Shown in pieces: positions 53,575 to 62,888 of a DNA stretch of 64,000 nucleotides. How positions within the stretch are numbered: position 1 is the first letter of the stretch; every line of letters starts with the position of its first letter. The DNA is from an uncultured Chthonomonadaceae bacterium. Its GTDB lineage: Bacteria; Armatimonadota; Chthonomonadetes; Chthonomonadales; Chthonomonadaceae. The notes under the pieces were generated by a model that saw only the letters and a program-made list of their open reading frames with translations, was not told the origin of the DNA and did not search any database. Where the stretch lies: NCBI GenBank assembly GCA_963817895.1, contig CAWFQB010000005.1, positions 576,001 to 640,000 on the forward strand, read 5' to 3'. The position numbers were made by a program, and so were the translations under genes.

Positions 53575-55349
53575 ATGAAGCAGAGCGATTCATCCTTCAT
53601 CCTGCATCCTTACATCCTTATTCGAACCGCCGTCTGGGAACGCGCCACCCTGCTGTTCCTGATTGTCACGTCCCTTCTGCGCCTGACGCAGTTATGGCGC
53701 GTGGAACTTGCGCCGGACGAGGCGTACTATTGGGACTGGTCACGGCAACTGGCGTGGGGCTATTACGATCAGGGGCCGATGATCGGCTATGTGATTCGCC
53801 TGACAACCCTGCTGTTCGGAACCAATGAGTTCGGGGTACGCATTGGCGTCTGGGCCGCCTCGCTGGGCGCATTGATTTGCGCGTATGTGCTGGCGAGGCG
53901 CGTTTTCTCGCCGTTCGCCGGATTTCTCACCGTTGTTCTGCTCGGCGCGACGCCCCTGATGGCAGTCGGCAGCCTGATTGCCACCTACGATCCGCCGCTC
54001 GTGTTCTTCTGGGCGCTTGGCGCTGGTGTTTCTGGAACGCGCCCTGTTTCGGCACCTCTGAAGCCGGAGCAGAAACGCGCCTGGCTTTGGGCGGGGCTGG
54101 CAGTCGGGCTGGGATTTCTCAGCAAGCATACCATGCTGCTGATTGTGCCCTGCCTGCTGCTGTTTCTTGTCGTTTCGCCCCCGCATCGCAAATGGCTGCG
54201 CCGTCCCGAACCTTATGTCGCCTTTGCCCTCACTCTGCTGCTGTACACCGGCGTCTTCTGGTGGAACGCGCAGCACCACTGGTGGACATTCGGGCATCTG
54301 GGCTATCTGGCCTACAAAACCAAACACACCCCGCTCTCCCGACTGGGCGAATTCATCGGCTCTCAGGCGCTGCTGCTCGGCCCCGGCTTATTTCTGGCCT
54401 GCGTTGCTGTCGGTGTTCAGGTATTCAGGTGTTCAGGTATTCGGGTAGTTCGGATACGCACAGTCTATCCCCAACGCAACTGCAACAAGCGATTTTCCGA
54501 CACAACAAATTCTTGAACACCTGAATACCCGAACACCTGAATACCTGAACACCGCCTCCCCTCAACTCCTTTTCCTCTTCTGTCACGGCTTCCCCGTCCT
54601 GCTTTTCTTCTGCCTGATGGCCTTGCGGTCACAGGTACAGGCGAATTGGGCGCCCTGCGCGTGGATTACGCCGACAATTTTATGGGCAGGCTGGGCAGCG
54701 GGAAACTAGAAGAGAAGAAAAGGAGAAGAGGAGAAGAGGAGACGAGGGAAACAGCGACCTCCCCCACCCTGCGCCCATTTCGCCCACGCGCCCGCTGCTA
54801 ATCTTGCGGGCGCAATTGAAAATCGAAAATCGAAAGTCGAAATCGCGTTCGCTATCAACTATCAGCTATTCTCGTCACAAGCGCTTTGCTGACACTGCTG
54901 ATGTTGTCGCCGGAATTGCGGGAAGCGGTGGGATTGCGATTACAGCCGAAAGACGATGTGACCGTTCAGATGTACGGGTGGCGCAGTCTGGCCGCGCATG
55001 TGCAGGAATTGCGGCAGGAGATGGGGCGGAGGGGCAGCCGGTATTTGTCGCGGGCAACGGCTATCAATACTGCGCTCTGATGGGCTTTTACCTGCCCGAC
55101 CATCCTCTTGCCTGCGATATGTTCCTGCACTGGCGGCTTACCATGTACGCCGCGCATGTGGAACGCCTGAAACCGCATCTTGGCGACAACGCCATTTTCA
55201 TCAACGACGGCGAATCGGATGCCAGCGATCTGCGCCAGAGTTTTGAGCGCGTGGAATGGGACCCGCCCTTTCCCATCCGTCGCGCGGGCAATCCCGAACC
55301 TATCCGGTTCGTTCACGTTGTTCGCTGCTACGGCTATCGGACGCTATAA
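53575..55349 (+). CDS. GT39/ArnT-like membrane glycosyltransferase with repeat insertions and frameshifts
   Basis: PDEAYYWDWSRQLAWGYYDQGP, GLGFLSKHT, FWWNAQH.W..F; VQANW read near 54635-54650. Confidence 0.85.
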
Positions 55350-55385
55350 CGGGTTAGAGTGGTCGGTAGGAGGGTAATAAATCAT

Positions 55386-55496
55386 GTAGGGGCGCTGCTT
55401 GCCGCGCCCTCGTTTAAGAGGGGTTCCACTTATTGAGGAGGGTTCAGCAAGCAGAACCCCTACAAGAGGAGGGTTCTGCAAGCAGAACCCCTACAA
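55386..55496. repeat. GTAG-type REP cluster between convergent genes
   Basis: gtaggggcgctgcttgccgcgccc and two gagggttc(a/t)gcaagcagaacccctac units in the opposite orientation. Confidence 0.75.
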
Positions 55497-55502
55497 CGCG
55501 CT

Positions 55503-56103
55503 CTACTTGATAACCACCTGCGTTGTCGTGGAGGGACGTTCGCCTAAAAGCCGCCAGCGTTGCCGTGAGCGTGTAGGTTCCGGCTTTGAGGGATCCGCCC
55601 TCGATGCCGTCGGTTTGGCGGGTAAGGTTTCGGTAAACGTCAGGGATTTGCCGGGTTCCAGCTTTCGTGCTGACATCATCTGCGCGAACATGTGGCCTTT
55701 CGCCCATTGCCAGACGATTTTGCCGTCCGGTTTGACGCCTTCGCGCAGCATAAAATCGTACTGTTGCCCGCTGCTGAAATTCAGAGTCATGGTTTGGGCC
55801 GTGATGTTCTTCGCGGTCAAGCGTGAATTTAATTGCCGTCCCTACCACATATGTCTTCTTATCCGTTGTGACGGACAATGCCAGAGGTTTGAGTCGGTTT
55901 GGCTTCGGAGCCTGCCATTATGCCGCGAAGAGCCGCCTCCTTTGTGCTGATTTTGGGTTCATTTTGCCGGAAGATTGCTGCCCCGATTGGTTTTTATCTT
56001 CCGAAGTCTGCGCCAGCACAATGCTTTGCGCCATGACCATTCCCATTGCCGCCATAGCCAGCCGGTTTACGCCCCGTTTGTTGCCAAATTGCATCCCGCT
56101 CAT
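55503..56103 (-). CDS. Exported BsuPI (intracellular proteinase inhibitor)-domain protein; frameshifted
   Basis: TLNFSSGQQYDF...VWQWAKGHMFAQ; GTYTLTATL; signal peptide in 55918-56103. Confidence 0.7.
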
Positions 56104-56172
56104 CGTAGTCCTCCGCCTTTACTTTCCATCCCAACACCGAACACTGAACACCGAACACCGAACACCGAGAAT

Positions 56173-56639
56173 TTATTTCCCCGGAACCGGCATCCCCATG
56201 CTTTTGTAGATGGTTTCGATCTGCTGCTTTTCCGCCAGGCTTGGCGCGTGTTTGGGGTCTACTGCCAGCACTTTGCGGTACATGGCGAGGGCGGCGCGAT
56301 AACGCACGGTGGGAGGCAGTTTGTCGCCGTATTCCGCCGCGTGTCCGAATTTGTACGCCGCGTCCACAAAGGCTTTTTTCGCGGCAGGGTCTTTGGGCGT
56401 TTTTTTCAGTTTGGCTTCCGCCGCGTCCGAGGCTTTGGCAAGCGGAACCAGACTTTTATCCTGTTGCGGAGCCATTTTCGCGGCTTCGTCCAGCGTCATG
56501 GACTTATGCCCCGCGCCGCCTGCAAACGGCGGAGCCATGCCGCCCCCGCCCTGCGGCCCGCCCTGCGCCCCCGCCATCGAGGGGCGCGGCCAATGCCAAG
56601 TCGCCAGCCAGCGCCATATCTCCAATATGAAGTTCGCAT
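56173..56639 (-). CDS. Exported hypothetical protein with a TPR-like C-terminus
   Basis: YRAALAMYRKVLAVDPKH; RBS AAGGA; probable frameshift in the signal peptide. Confidence 0.6.
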
Positions 56640-56871
56640 AATTGTAATGTCCTTTCCCGAATCGCGCCAACCTGCCGCGCAATGTCCGGCAAGATGATTT
56701 TGTTTATTGTTGGCTTGTATTCATCCTACGCGGCGTGGCAGCAAGCGTGACCACAATACCGCGCAAGTTCTCTATGTAAGGATACATCAAAATCGGCGCT
56801 TCGGCACAAGCGGCAAGCCGGACATAATGCGCCCTTTCCGCCTGCGGTATACTTACTGCGGAGAGTAACTT

Positions 56872-56983
56872 TTCACCACCAAGACACAAAGAACACCAAG
56901 GGGAAAGAAGAAAAACTTCTCAGTCAATCCTATATTGTGTTTAGCCTTGCATTTCATGGTGTACTTGGCGTCTTGGTGGTGAA
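56872..56983. repeat. Inverted pair of 9-nt-periodic arrays
   Basis: ttcaccaccaagacacaaagaacaccaag ... catggtgtacttggcgtcttggtggtgaa. Confidence 0.75.
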
Positions 56984-57019
56984 GATACGTTCAATTCGAT
57001 TTGCCTGAAGGAGTTCGCA

Positions 57020-58613
57020 ATGCCCTTAATTCGCTTGAAATACGCGACAATGTTTTAAAACGGTTCTCAGAAACGCTGTTTCCGCTTGCCGCGCTTTCCT
57101 TCCTGTTTCCCGGTTCTGTTTTGGCCGAAAAGCCTGCCGCGCCGCCTGCCGTTCCTAAAGAGGTTCACCTGACGATACTGCATACCAATGATACGCACGG
57201 GCATCTGCTGCCTTACAGTTACCCGGACACTTTTGACGCCGCCAATCCCGATTTCCCTGCTGAAAACGCGCCGCAATATCGGCGGCGCGGCGCGACGCGC
57301 TACGCTTGTCAATGCCGTTCGGCGCGAAAAGGATCATGCCACGCTGCTGATTGACGCGGGCGACATTTGTGACGGCACGCCGTTTTCCACCGAATATCAT
57401 GGCGACGCGGACATACAGGCCATGAACGGCGCTGGGCTACGATCTCGCCTGCCCCGGCAACCACGAGTACAGCAACACGCTGGCGCAGGTACAGAAACTC
57501 ATCGGCGAAGCGAAGTTCCCCCTCCTTTCCGCCAACTCCATTGTGAAAGCGACCGGCAAACTGCTGTATCAGCCGTATGTGATTCGCGAAATCAACGGCG
57601 TCAAAATCGCGTTTTTCGGCCTGCTGACGTATGATGCCCGTACCTACCCGCCGCCCGAACCGAATTGGAAATGACCGAGCCTATTGCCGCCGCGCTGAAA
57701 CTGGTTCCCGAACTGCGCAAACAGGCCGATCTGGTTGTCGCCGTCACGCACATCGGCGTGGACGAAGATATTAAAATGGCCGCAACCGTGCCGGGTATTG
57801 ACTTGATCGTGGGCGGACATTCGCATACCCTGCTGCCGGAACCCCTGCTGATTCCCCATCCTTCGGAAACCATGCCCAACTCCGTGCATGGAACCATGAT
57901 TGTGCAGGATTTTCAGTGGGCGGGAACTCTGGGACGCCTTGACCTCACCCTGCATCGAGAACGACGATAAGACCTGGCACATCGCGAAATACAAGGGAAA
58001 ACTGCTGCCCGTCACGTCCGCCACGCCCGAAGACGCGCAGGTGCGGGGTATCGTAGACGGGTTCTGGAACCCGATCAAAGCAAAATACGGCGCGATTGTC
58101 GGGGAAGCGACAGGGGATTTCGCGCATAAGGGGCCGGATTACGCCGAATACAATCTGGTTGCGGACGCTATTCGCGAGCAGTTGGGGCTGGAGTTCGACA
58201 TTGAGAACATGGGCGGCGTTCGCGCTCCCCTCGCGAAAGGGGCGATTGCCTATGGGGATATGGTCAGCATGGACCCGTTCGGCAACACCATCGTCACGTT
58301 CCGGGCGACAGGACGGCAACTCAAAGACATACTGGCAAAAAACCGTCCCGCCGTATCCGGCATCCGCTACAAATACGCGAACGGGCAACTGACCGAAGCT
58401 ACCATTGGCGGCAAGCCGATTGAGGACGAGCGCGTGTATTCCGGCGCAACCAACAACTACTACGCCCGCTTCATCCTGACCGACATCGCCAACAAAACCG
58501 AAACCACAACCCCGCGTCTGGAAACTGTCCTCGCCTACGTCCGCGCCCACAAATCTATTCAGCCCCTCTACGATGGCAGGCGCGTCCTCGTCGGCATCAG
58601 CGATTACGATTAA
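57020..58613 (+). CDS. Bifunctional metallophosphatase/5'-nucleotidase (UshA-like); frameshifted
   Basis: ILHTNDTHGHL, IDAGD, PGNHE, VTHIG, VGGHSH, NMGGVR, PFGN. Confidence 0.92.
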
Positions 58614-58622
58614 CGCTGCTAA

Positions 58623-58753
58623 GAGCGTATAGAAAAAGTCCATATTTGCATCAACAAGGCCGTTCGCAATCTGAAATTCAGCCTGCGACGATAGTTCAAA
58701 AGATGCCGCTAAGCGGTAAAAGTGGTTCGGTTCGAGACTTTTTTTAAACCCTC
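58623..58753. mobile_element. MITE with IS1031-like ends
   Basis: GAGCGTATAGAAAAAGTC / GACTTTTTTTAAACCCTC inverted ends (15 of 18 match) flanked by TAA on both sides. Confidence 0.7.
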
Positions 58754-58756
58754 TAA

Positions 58757-58823
58757 GAGCCTATTCCAATAGGTTCCCCTTCTCCCAAGCTTTTTTGGGA
58801 GAAGGGGTTAGGGGTTGAGGGCC
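58757..58823. mobile_element. Adjacent partial MITE (same end as the 8499 element) with palindromic cargo
   Basis: taa-GAGCCTATTCCAATAGG followed by ccccttctcccaagcttttttgggagaagggg. Confidence 0.65.
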
Positions 58824-58903
58824 ACTTGCACTCTTATTTGAACGGTTGTGTTCGCCACCAATAGCACTCGTTGTGGTATCCCACCCGAAAGGGGATAGAG
58901 ACA

Positions 58904-59839
58904 TCAACTCCGGCGCGCGATGGCCTTCGCCTTTGCCAGCGCCGTCTTCGCCACCGTCAGCGCATCCTGCTTCCAGTACTCCTTATTGAACAGTTCCACG
59001 GAGAGCGATCCCTCATAACCCATCTCACGCAGCAGCTTGAACAACTCCGTCAACGGCGCGATGCCGTCGCCGGGATAGACCCGATCCGCATCCGTGATGG
59101 TCGCCTGAGGCAGTGCGGGATAGTCGTTCAAATGGAAATGGTTCACAGCGGTTTTGGTCAGCAGCTTCAATCCGGCCAGCGGCGAGCCGCCCTTATAAAG
59201 ATGATACACGTCCGGCAGCACACAGGCTTTCGGATGCCCGCTCTGGATGGCGACCTGGGCCGCCTCCCCCAGGCGTGTCAGGGACTTGGAGAATCCCCAC
59301 ACCTCGACCATCGGGATCACTCCCAGCGAATCGCCGATCTCACACAGCGCATGATACCGCTCCGCCGCCGCCGTCAGGTTTAAATCGCTCTGTTCGGTCG
59401 CCCCCGCAGGAGGCGCAGCAAGCCGCTTTCCGCCGATTTGCCGCAGCAGGTCCATGTCCCGCCTGGCAGCCTCCAGCCCCTTTTTGCGCCGCTGCGGATC
59501 GTCCACGATCCACTCCGCAAAGCCAATCCCGCTCGCCACCTCCAGCCCATGATCCGCGATCCGCTTATGCAAATCCTTTAAGGAGCCGCCCCCTTCCACA
59601 TACTTCTCGATCTCGTTGATCCATGGCTCAATCGCCACATACCCGGCTTTCGCCGCGATTTCGATCTCCTCCACCATCCCGAGCTTCTGCCCCATGAGCG
59701 TGCTGGTATTCAGACAGAACCGGAATCCGCCTGACTTCGGCGCTCCCGCCACACCTGTCGTCACGCCTATCTCCGTAGCCACCCCCAGTGCGACGACGCC
59801 CACCCCCAGCATCTCACGCCGGGTCAACGGCTGTTTCAT
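58904..59839 (-). CDS. Sugar-phosphate isomerase/epimerase (xylose-isomerase-like TIM barrel) with Tat signal
   Basis: TRREML; IEPW, VEVWG, DVYH, HLND, DRVYPGDG, SVELF. Confidence 0.92.
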   Translation of the reverse strand: MKQPLTRREMLGVGVVALGVATEIGVTTGVAGAPKSGGFRFCLNTSTLMGQKLGMVEEIEIAAKAGYVAIEPWINEIEKYVEGGGSLKDLHKRIADHGLEVASGIGFAEWIVDDPQRRKKGLEAARRDMDLLRQIGGKRLAAPPAGATEQSDLNLTAAAERYHALCEIGDSLGVIPMVEVWGFSKSLTRLGEAAQVAIQSGHPKACVLPDVYHLYKGGSPLAGLKLLTKTAVNHFHLNDYPALPQATITDADRVYPGDGIAPLTELFKLLREMGYEGSLSVELFNKEYWKQDALTVAKTALAKAKAIARRS

Positions 59840-60024
59840 AAGTACAAATTCTGGAGACCCCGGCTTTACCGGAACTCATTCCAGTTAGCATGGGGAGGAA
59901 TGGATTTCCTGTTCAGACTTCGGCTGTAGTCCTTCCCTGCGGGTGGACGCCCGGCCGTATATCGTCTCAACCTCCGGTTCTCCTTTCGTTAGTTTTGTGC
60001 GTGTATTGCTTGTGGACTCGTACC

Positions 60025-60056
60025 AACGGCCTTCTGCCGTCTGGTAGAAGGCCGTT
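60025..60056. terminator. Strong hairpin at the island edge (possible terminator)
   Basis: aacggccttctgcc-gtct-ggtagaaggccgtt, 14-bp stem with one G-U pair; no clear U-tract. Confidence 0.35.
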
Positions 60057-60271
60057 ATCTGCTTCCGGTGTCTGCTTCGGCTTCTCTGCTGCACGGCCTG
60101 TTGGCTTGCTTGCCGTTCCTGTTGTGCGTTGTGCGTGGCGTCTCCTACTGCCCCGGCCTTGCTTGCGGCCTGCCGTGTTCCCGACCTGAACGCCGCAAGC
60201 CCCTCCGACGGGGAAGAGGCTTGTGACATTTGTGCCTGCGTTAGAGGAATGGGTTGAACGCAACCATATTT

Positions 60272-61615
60272 CTAATTAGACTTATCTCTTAGAACTTGCT
60301 GTATGCGTCGCGGTAGAGTTGGTGCTAACAAAGCACGCAGTTGTATAATGGTCAAACGTGCTGTCGAGCTATTTACAATCTCCATTACACTAGTTTCTCG
60401 GTCATCTGGCAATATTCCACTTTTAAATATCTTCTCTATTAGAGAACGAACCGCCCACCGGTCGCTCTCATAGGCTAAACGCCAGAGTTCTCTCAAACAA
60501 TTTATACGTAAGTCTGAGGACGAAACAGTCCGATAAACACGGTCAAGTACACGTCCGAAATCGTTGGCCCCCTCGAAAGGCCATCGTGTTGTGCCTAAGC
60601 ATTCCTCCACACGCTCAATGTAAACTTTCACAAATGCTCCAATAGAATTTCCAACAACCGAATAGTACGCTTGTACGTTCTCATCGTTGTTTAGTATACG
60701 TGCTATCGGCTCCAAATAATCATGGTATACGTGAAATGTGTACTCTCCTGCTATCGCAAACCGATGAAAGTCGTGCCAATCTATCGGGGTTGAGCCATCA
60801 GCATAAGCGCTTACACGTTCGCCCACAGTCAGTTCATCACTTCTACTAAGCATTTCTTTGAGAGAGTTGTAAGCATCAGTAAATGCTTCTATATCTGCGT
60901 ACCGATCCTCTGGCAGATTTTCCGTTGCCTTGATGATTACTGGGCCAAAGTCACAAATTTGGTATGTACGTGGACTGCGCCCCGTGCAAATATAGTTAAG
61001 TACCTTTCCAAGCGAGAATATTTCACTTCGTACAGTTGCTTGCGTTAGGCTCTCCATCTGCTCTGGCGCGGTAAAAGAGAGTTGACCGTAGTTGCCCTGT
61101 GCCGTCTTAGTATGAGCAGACAGGGACTCCCAATTCTTACCCAAACCAAAGTCCGCGACTTTCACTTGGAATGAGCTATCGGCGAGCAAAAACAAGAGTA
61201 TGTTTTTAGGCCCAAGGTCGCGGTGCAAGACAGAATTCTGATGAGCATGGGTGATAGCAGCGAGAACAGCATCAAATAAAGCTATTCGGCTCTGAAGAGA
61301 AATCTTGGAGTTGTTCCGTTGAAGGTAATCTTCAAGGTTGGAGGATGCATAAGGCATTACATACCAATTGCAGCCATCGTCCAAGCCCTTATCTAAGACA
61401 GTCACGATATTCTGATGCGGAGCTAGTCTTTCTAGCAATTCAACTTCTCGGCGGAACCGGAGGACGTAATTCGCGTTATTTTCATGCTCTATTTTAAGTT
61501 GCTTGAAAGCAACTATTTCTCCAGTAATGCTATCCTCACATCCGGTCACATCAGCAAAATAGCCCGAGCGAGGAGAATATTTTTGTTTATATCGCTTGTT
61601 GGCTTGCATTACCAC
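60272..61615 (-). CDS. Hanks-type Ser/Thr protein kinase, soluble, with a helical C-terminal domain (putative defence)
   Basis: VAFKQL, RFRREV, HQNIV, HRDLGPKNIL, VADFGLGK, APEQ, IFSLG; lower GC than flanks. Confidence 0.92.
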   Translation of the reverse strand: MVMQANKRYKQKYSPRSGYFADVTGCEDSITGEIVAFKQLKIEHENNANYVLRFRREVELLERLAPHQNIVTVLDKGLDDGCNWYVMPYASSNLEDYLQRNNSKISLQSRIALFDAVLAAITHAHQNSVLHRDLGPKNILLFLLADSSFQVKVADFGLGKNWESLSAHTKTAQGNYGQLSFTAPEQMESLTQATVRSEIFSLGKVLNYICTGRSPRTYQICDFGPVIIKATENLPEDRYADIEAFTDAYNSLKEMLSRSDELTVGERVSAYADGSTPIDWHDFHRFAIAGEYTFHVYHDYLEPIARILNNDENVQAYYSVVGNSIGAFVKVYIERVEECLGTTRWPFEGANDFGRVLDRVYRTVSSSDLRINCLRELWRLAYESDRWAVRSLIEKIFKSGILPDDRETSVMEIVNSSTARLTIIQLRALLAPTLPRRIQQVLRDKSN

Positions 61616-61805
61616 TGGAACCTTGTCCTTTCATTATCCCTGAGAACGTGTGTACTCATCACTGGCTTCCGGTTCGCACTCCCCTTCGGCCTGCCTCTGT
61701 TGACGCAGGAGGTACGCGGAACAATTATTCTTATTGTTCAAACTCTGTCCAGATTGAAGGCCATTCTTGTTGTAACTTCTTGCACCTGCCGGAGTTATAA
61801 AAACG

Positions 61806-62660
61806 CTATTCGTTTGCAAATGGGTCGGACTCGTCTAGGTCATCATCAACTGGCGGCGGAGCGGGTTTACGTCCGCCTGTACTTGGCTTAGACCATTTCA
61901 AACTAGGCGAATCCAATTCATATATAATATCTCGCGGCTGGTTGAAATCAATAACTACCCCGACTTTCCCGGACTGTGTAGCTTCAAACCTAACTACCTT
62001 GCCCTCACCGTAACGTTGTGTGAGAACGGTGTTACCTACGAAGAAACGGCCAAAGTCTACTTCGCTTTCAGGAGTACGAACCGATGCAGGGTTGCGCACC
62101 AATATCAAACGACTAATTTCCAACACTTCTTCAATCATCTCTCGTTCAGAACGTATTGTGTTCCTTGGTACTACTGCATGAGATTGAATTGTTTGAGAGA
62201 CACGCACCTCTAAATCCGGCCACCACTTTTCAAAAGTGGTATCCAGAACGTTTTTTGACAGTCCTCGCTCTCCTAGTTCCCGGTTGAGCATGGAGACAAG
62301 TTTGTACATCTCATCGTGGTTGAAGGGGGCTGCTTGGAATTGTTGCAAAGGGCCGGTCAGGTCAGTTGTTGCAATTCCAAATAACAGTGGTACAACCTTT
62401 GAGGTGTCTATCTTCTTTGAAATTGCACCACCTTCAAAAAGCAACCAAGGGGATTGCAGGTTGTTGGATGTCAAGAACATCAACCCGTTCTCGGATTCTT
62501 CTAAATTTTTAGCGATGTCCGTAGACCATCGTGAGCCTTTTTCGACATCATCAGGAGAAAAAAACGGTTTAACCGCTTGAAGAACACTCGGCAGCCAATC
62601 ACTAAATATTTGAGCAATGCTTTTGCTTGGCTCACCTGACCAGCTAAGAAAGACGTGCAT
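61806..62660 (-). CDS. TIR-domain protein with a small C-terminal beta domain and acidic tail
   Basis: VFLSWSG..S, DVEKGSRW, SPWLLFEGGAI (catalytic Glu position), GPLQQFQ, FEKWWP; tail DDDLDESDPFANE. Confidence 0.88.
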   Translation of the reverse strand: MHVFLSWSGEPSKSIAQIFSDWLPSVLQAVKPFFSPDDVEKGSRWSTDIAKNLEESENGLMFLTSNNLQSPWLLFEGGAISKKIDTSKVVPLLFGIATTDLTGPLQQFQAAPFNHDEMYKLVSMLNRELGERGLSKNVLDTTFEKWWPDLEVRVSQTIQSHAVVPRNTIRSEREMIEEVLEISRLILVRNPASVRTPESEVDFGRFFVGNTVLTQRYGEGKVVRFEATQSGKVGVVIDFNQPRDIIYELDSPSLKWSKPSTGGRKPAPPPVDDDLDESDPFANE

Positions 62661-62888
62661 ATCAAGATTACTCCGGTAGAGAAACGACATTCCTGTCGCC
62701 TCGGATATACTGCTAGACTACTGACGCAGGTACAGGGAGCAGTGGCGAGTGGCAAGTGGCGAGGACTTGCGTCTGTTCTCTTGCTCCTGCGCTCTGTTCG
62801 CCCTGTTGCCGTCCGCCTACGCTCCCGGCTTCATGTCCTGCCTCAATTCGGGCGGTTGAGGACTATTGTGGCTTCGAAACAGCAGCTT

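Noticed and set aside
47606..58613. Programmed frameshifting or mass pseudogenisation
   Set aside because: Shifts are scattered, lack consistent slippery sites and affect nearly all genes in the zone; sequencing error is simpler.
59885..60229. 114-aa ORF at the island edge
   Set aside because: Low-complexity translation, no recognisable domain, overlaps a hairpin; not supported as a gene.
59885..62888. Integron attC sites between the island genes
   Set aside because: The spacers are GC-richer and share only short words (tgacgcagg, gcctgcc); I found no consistent RYYYAAC/GTTRRRY boxes, and no integrase is in view.
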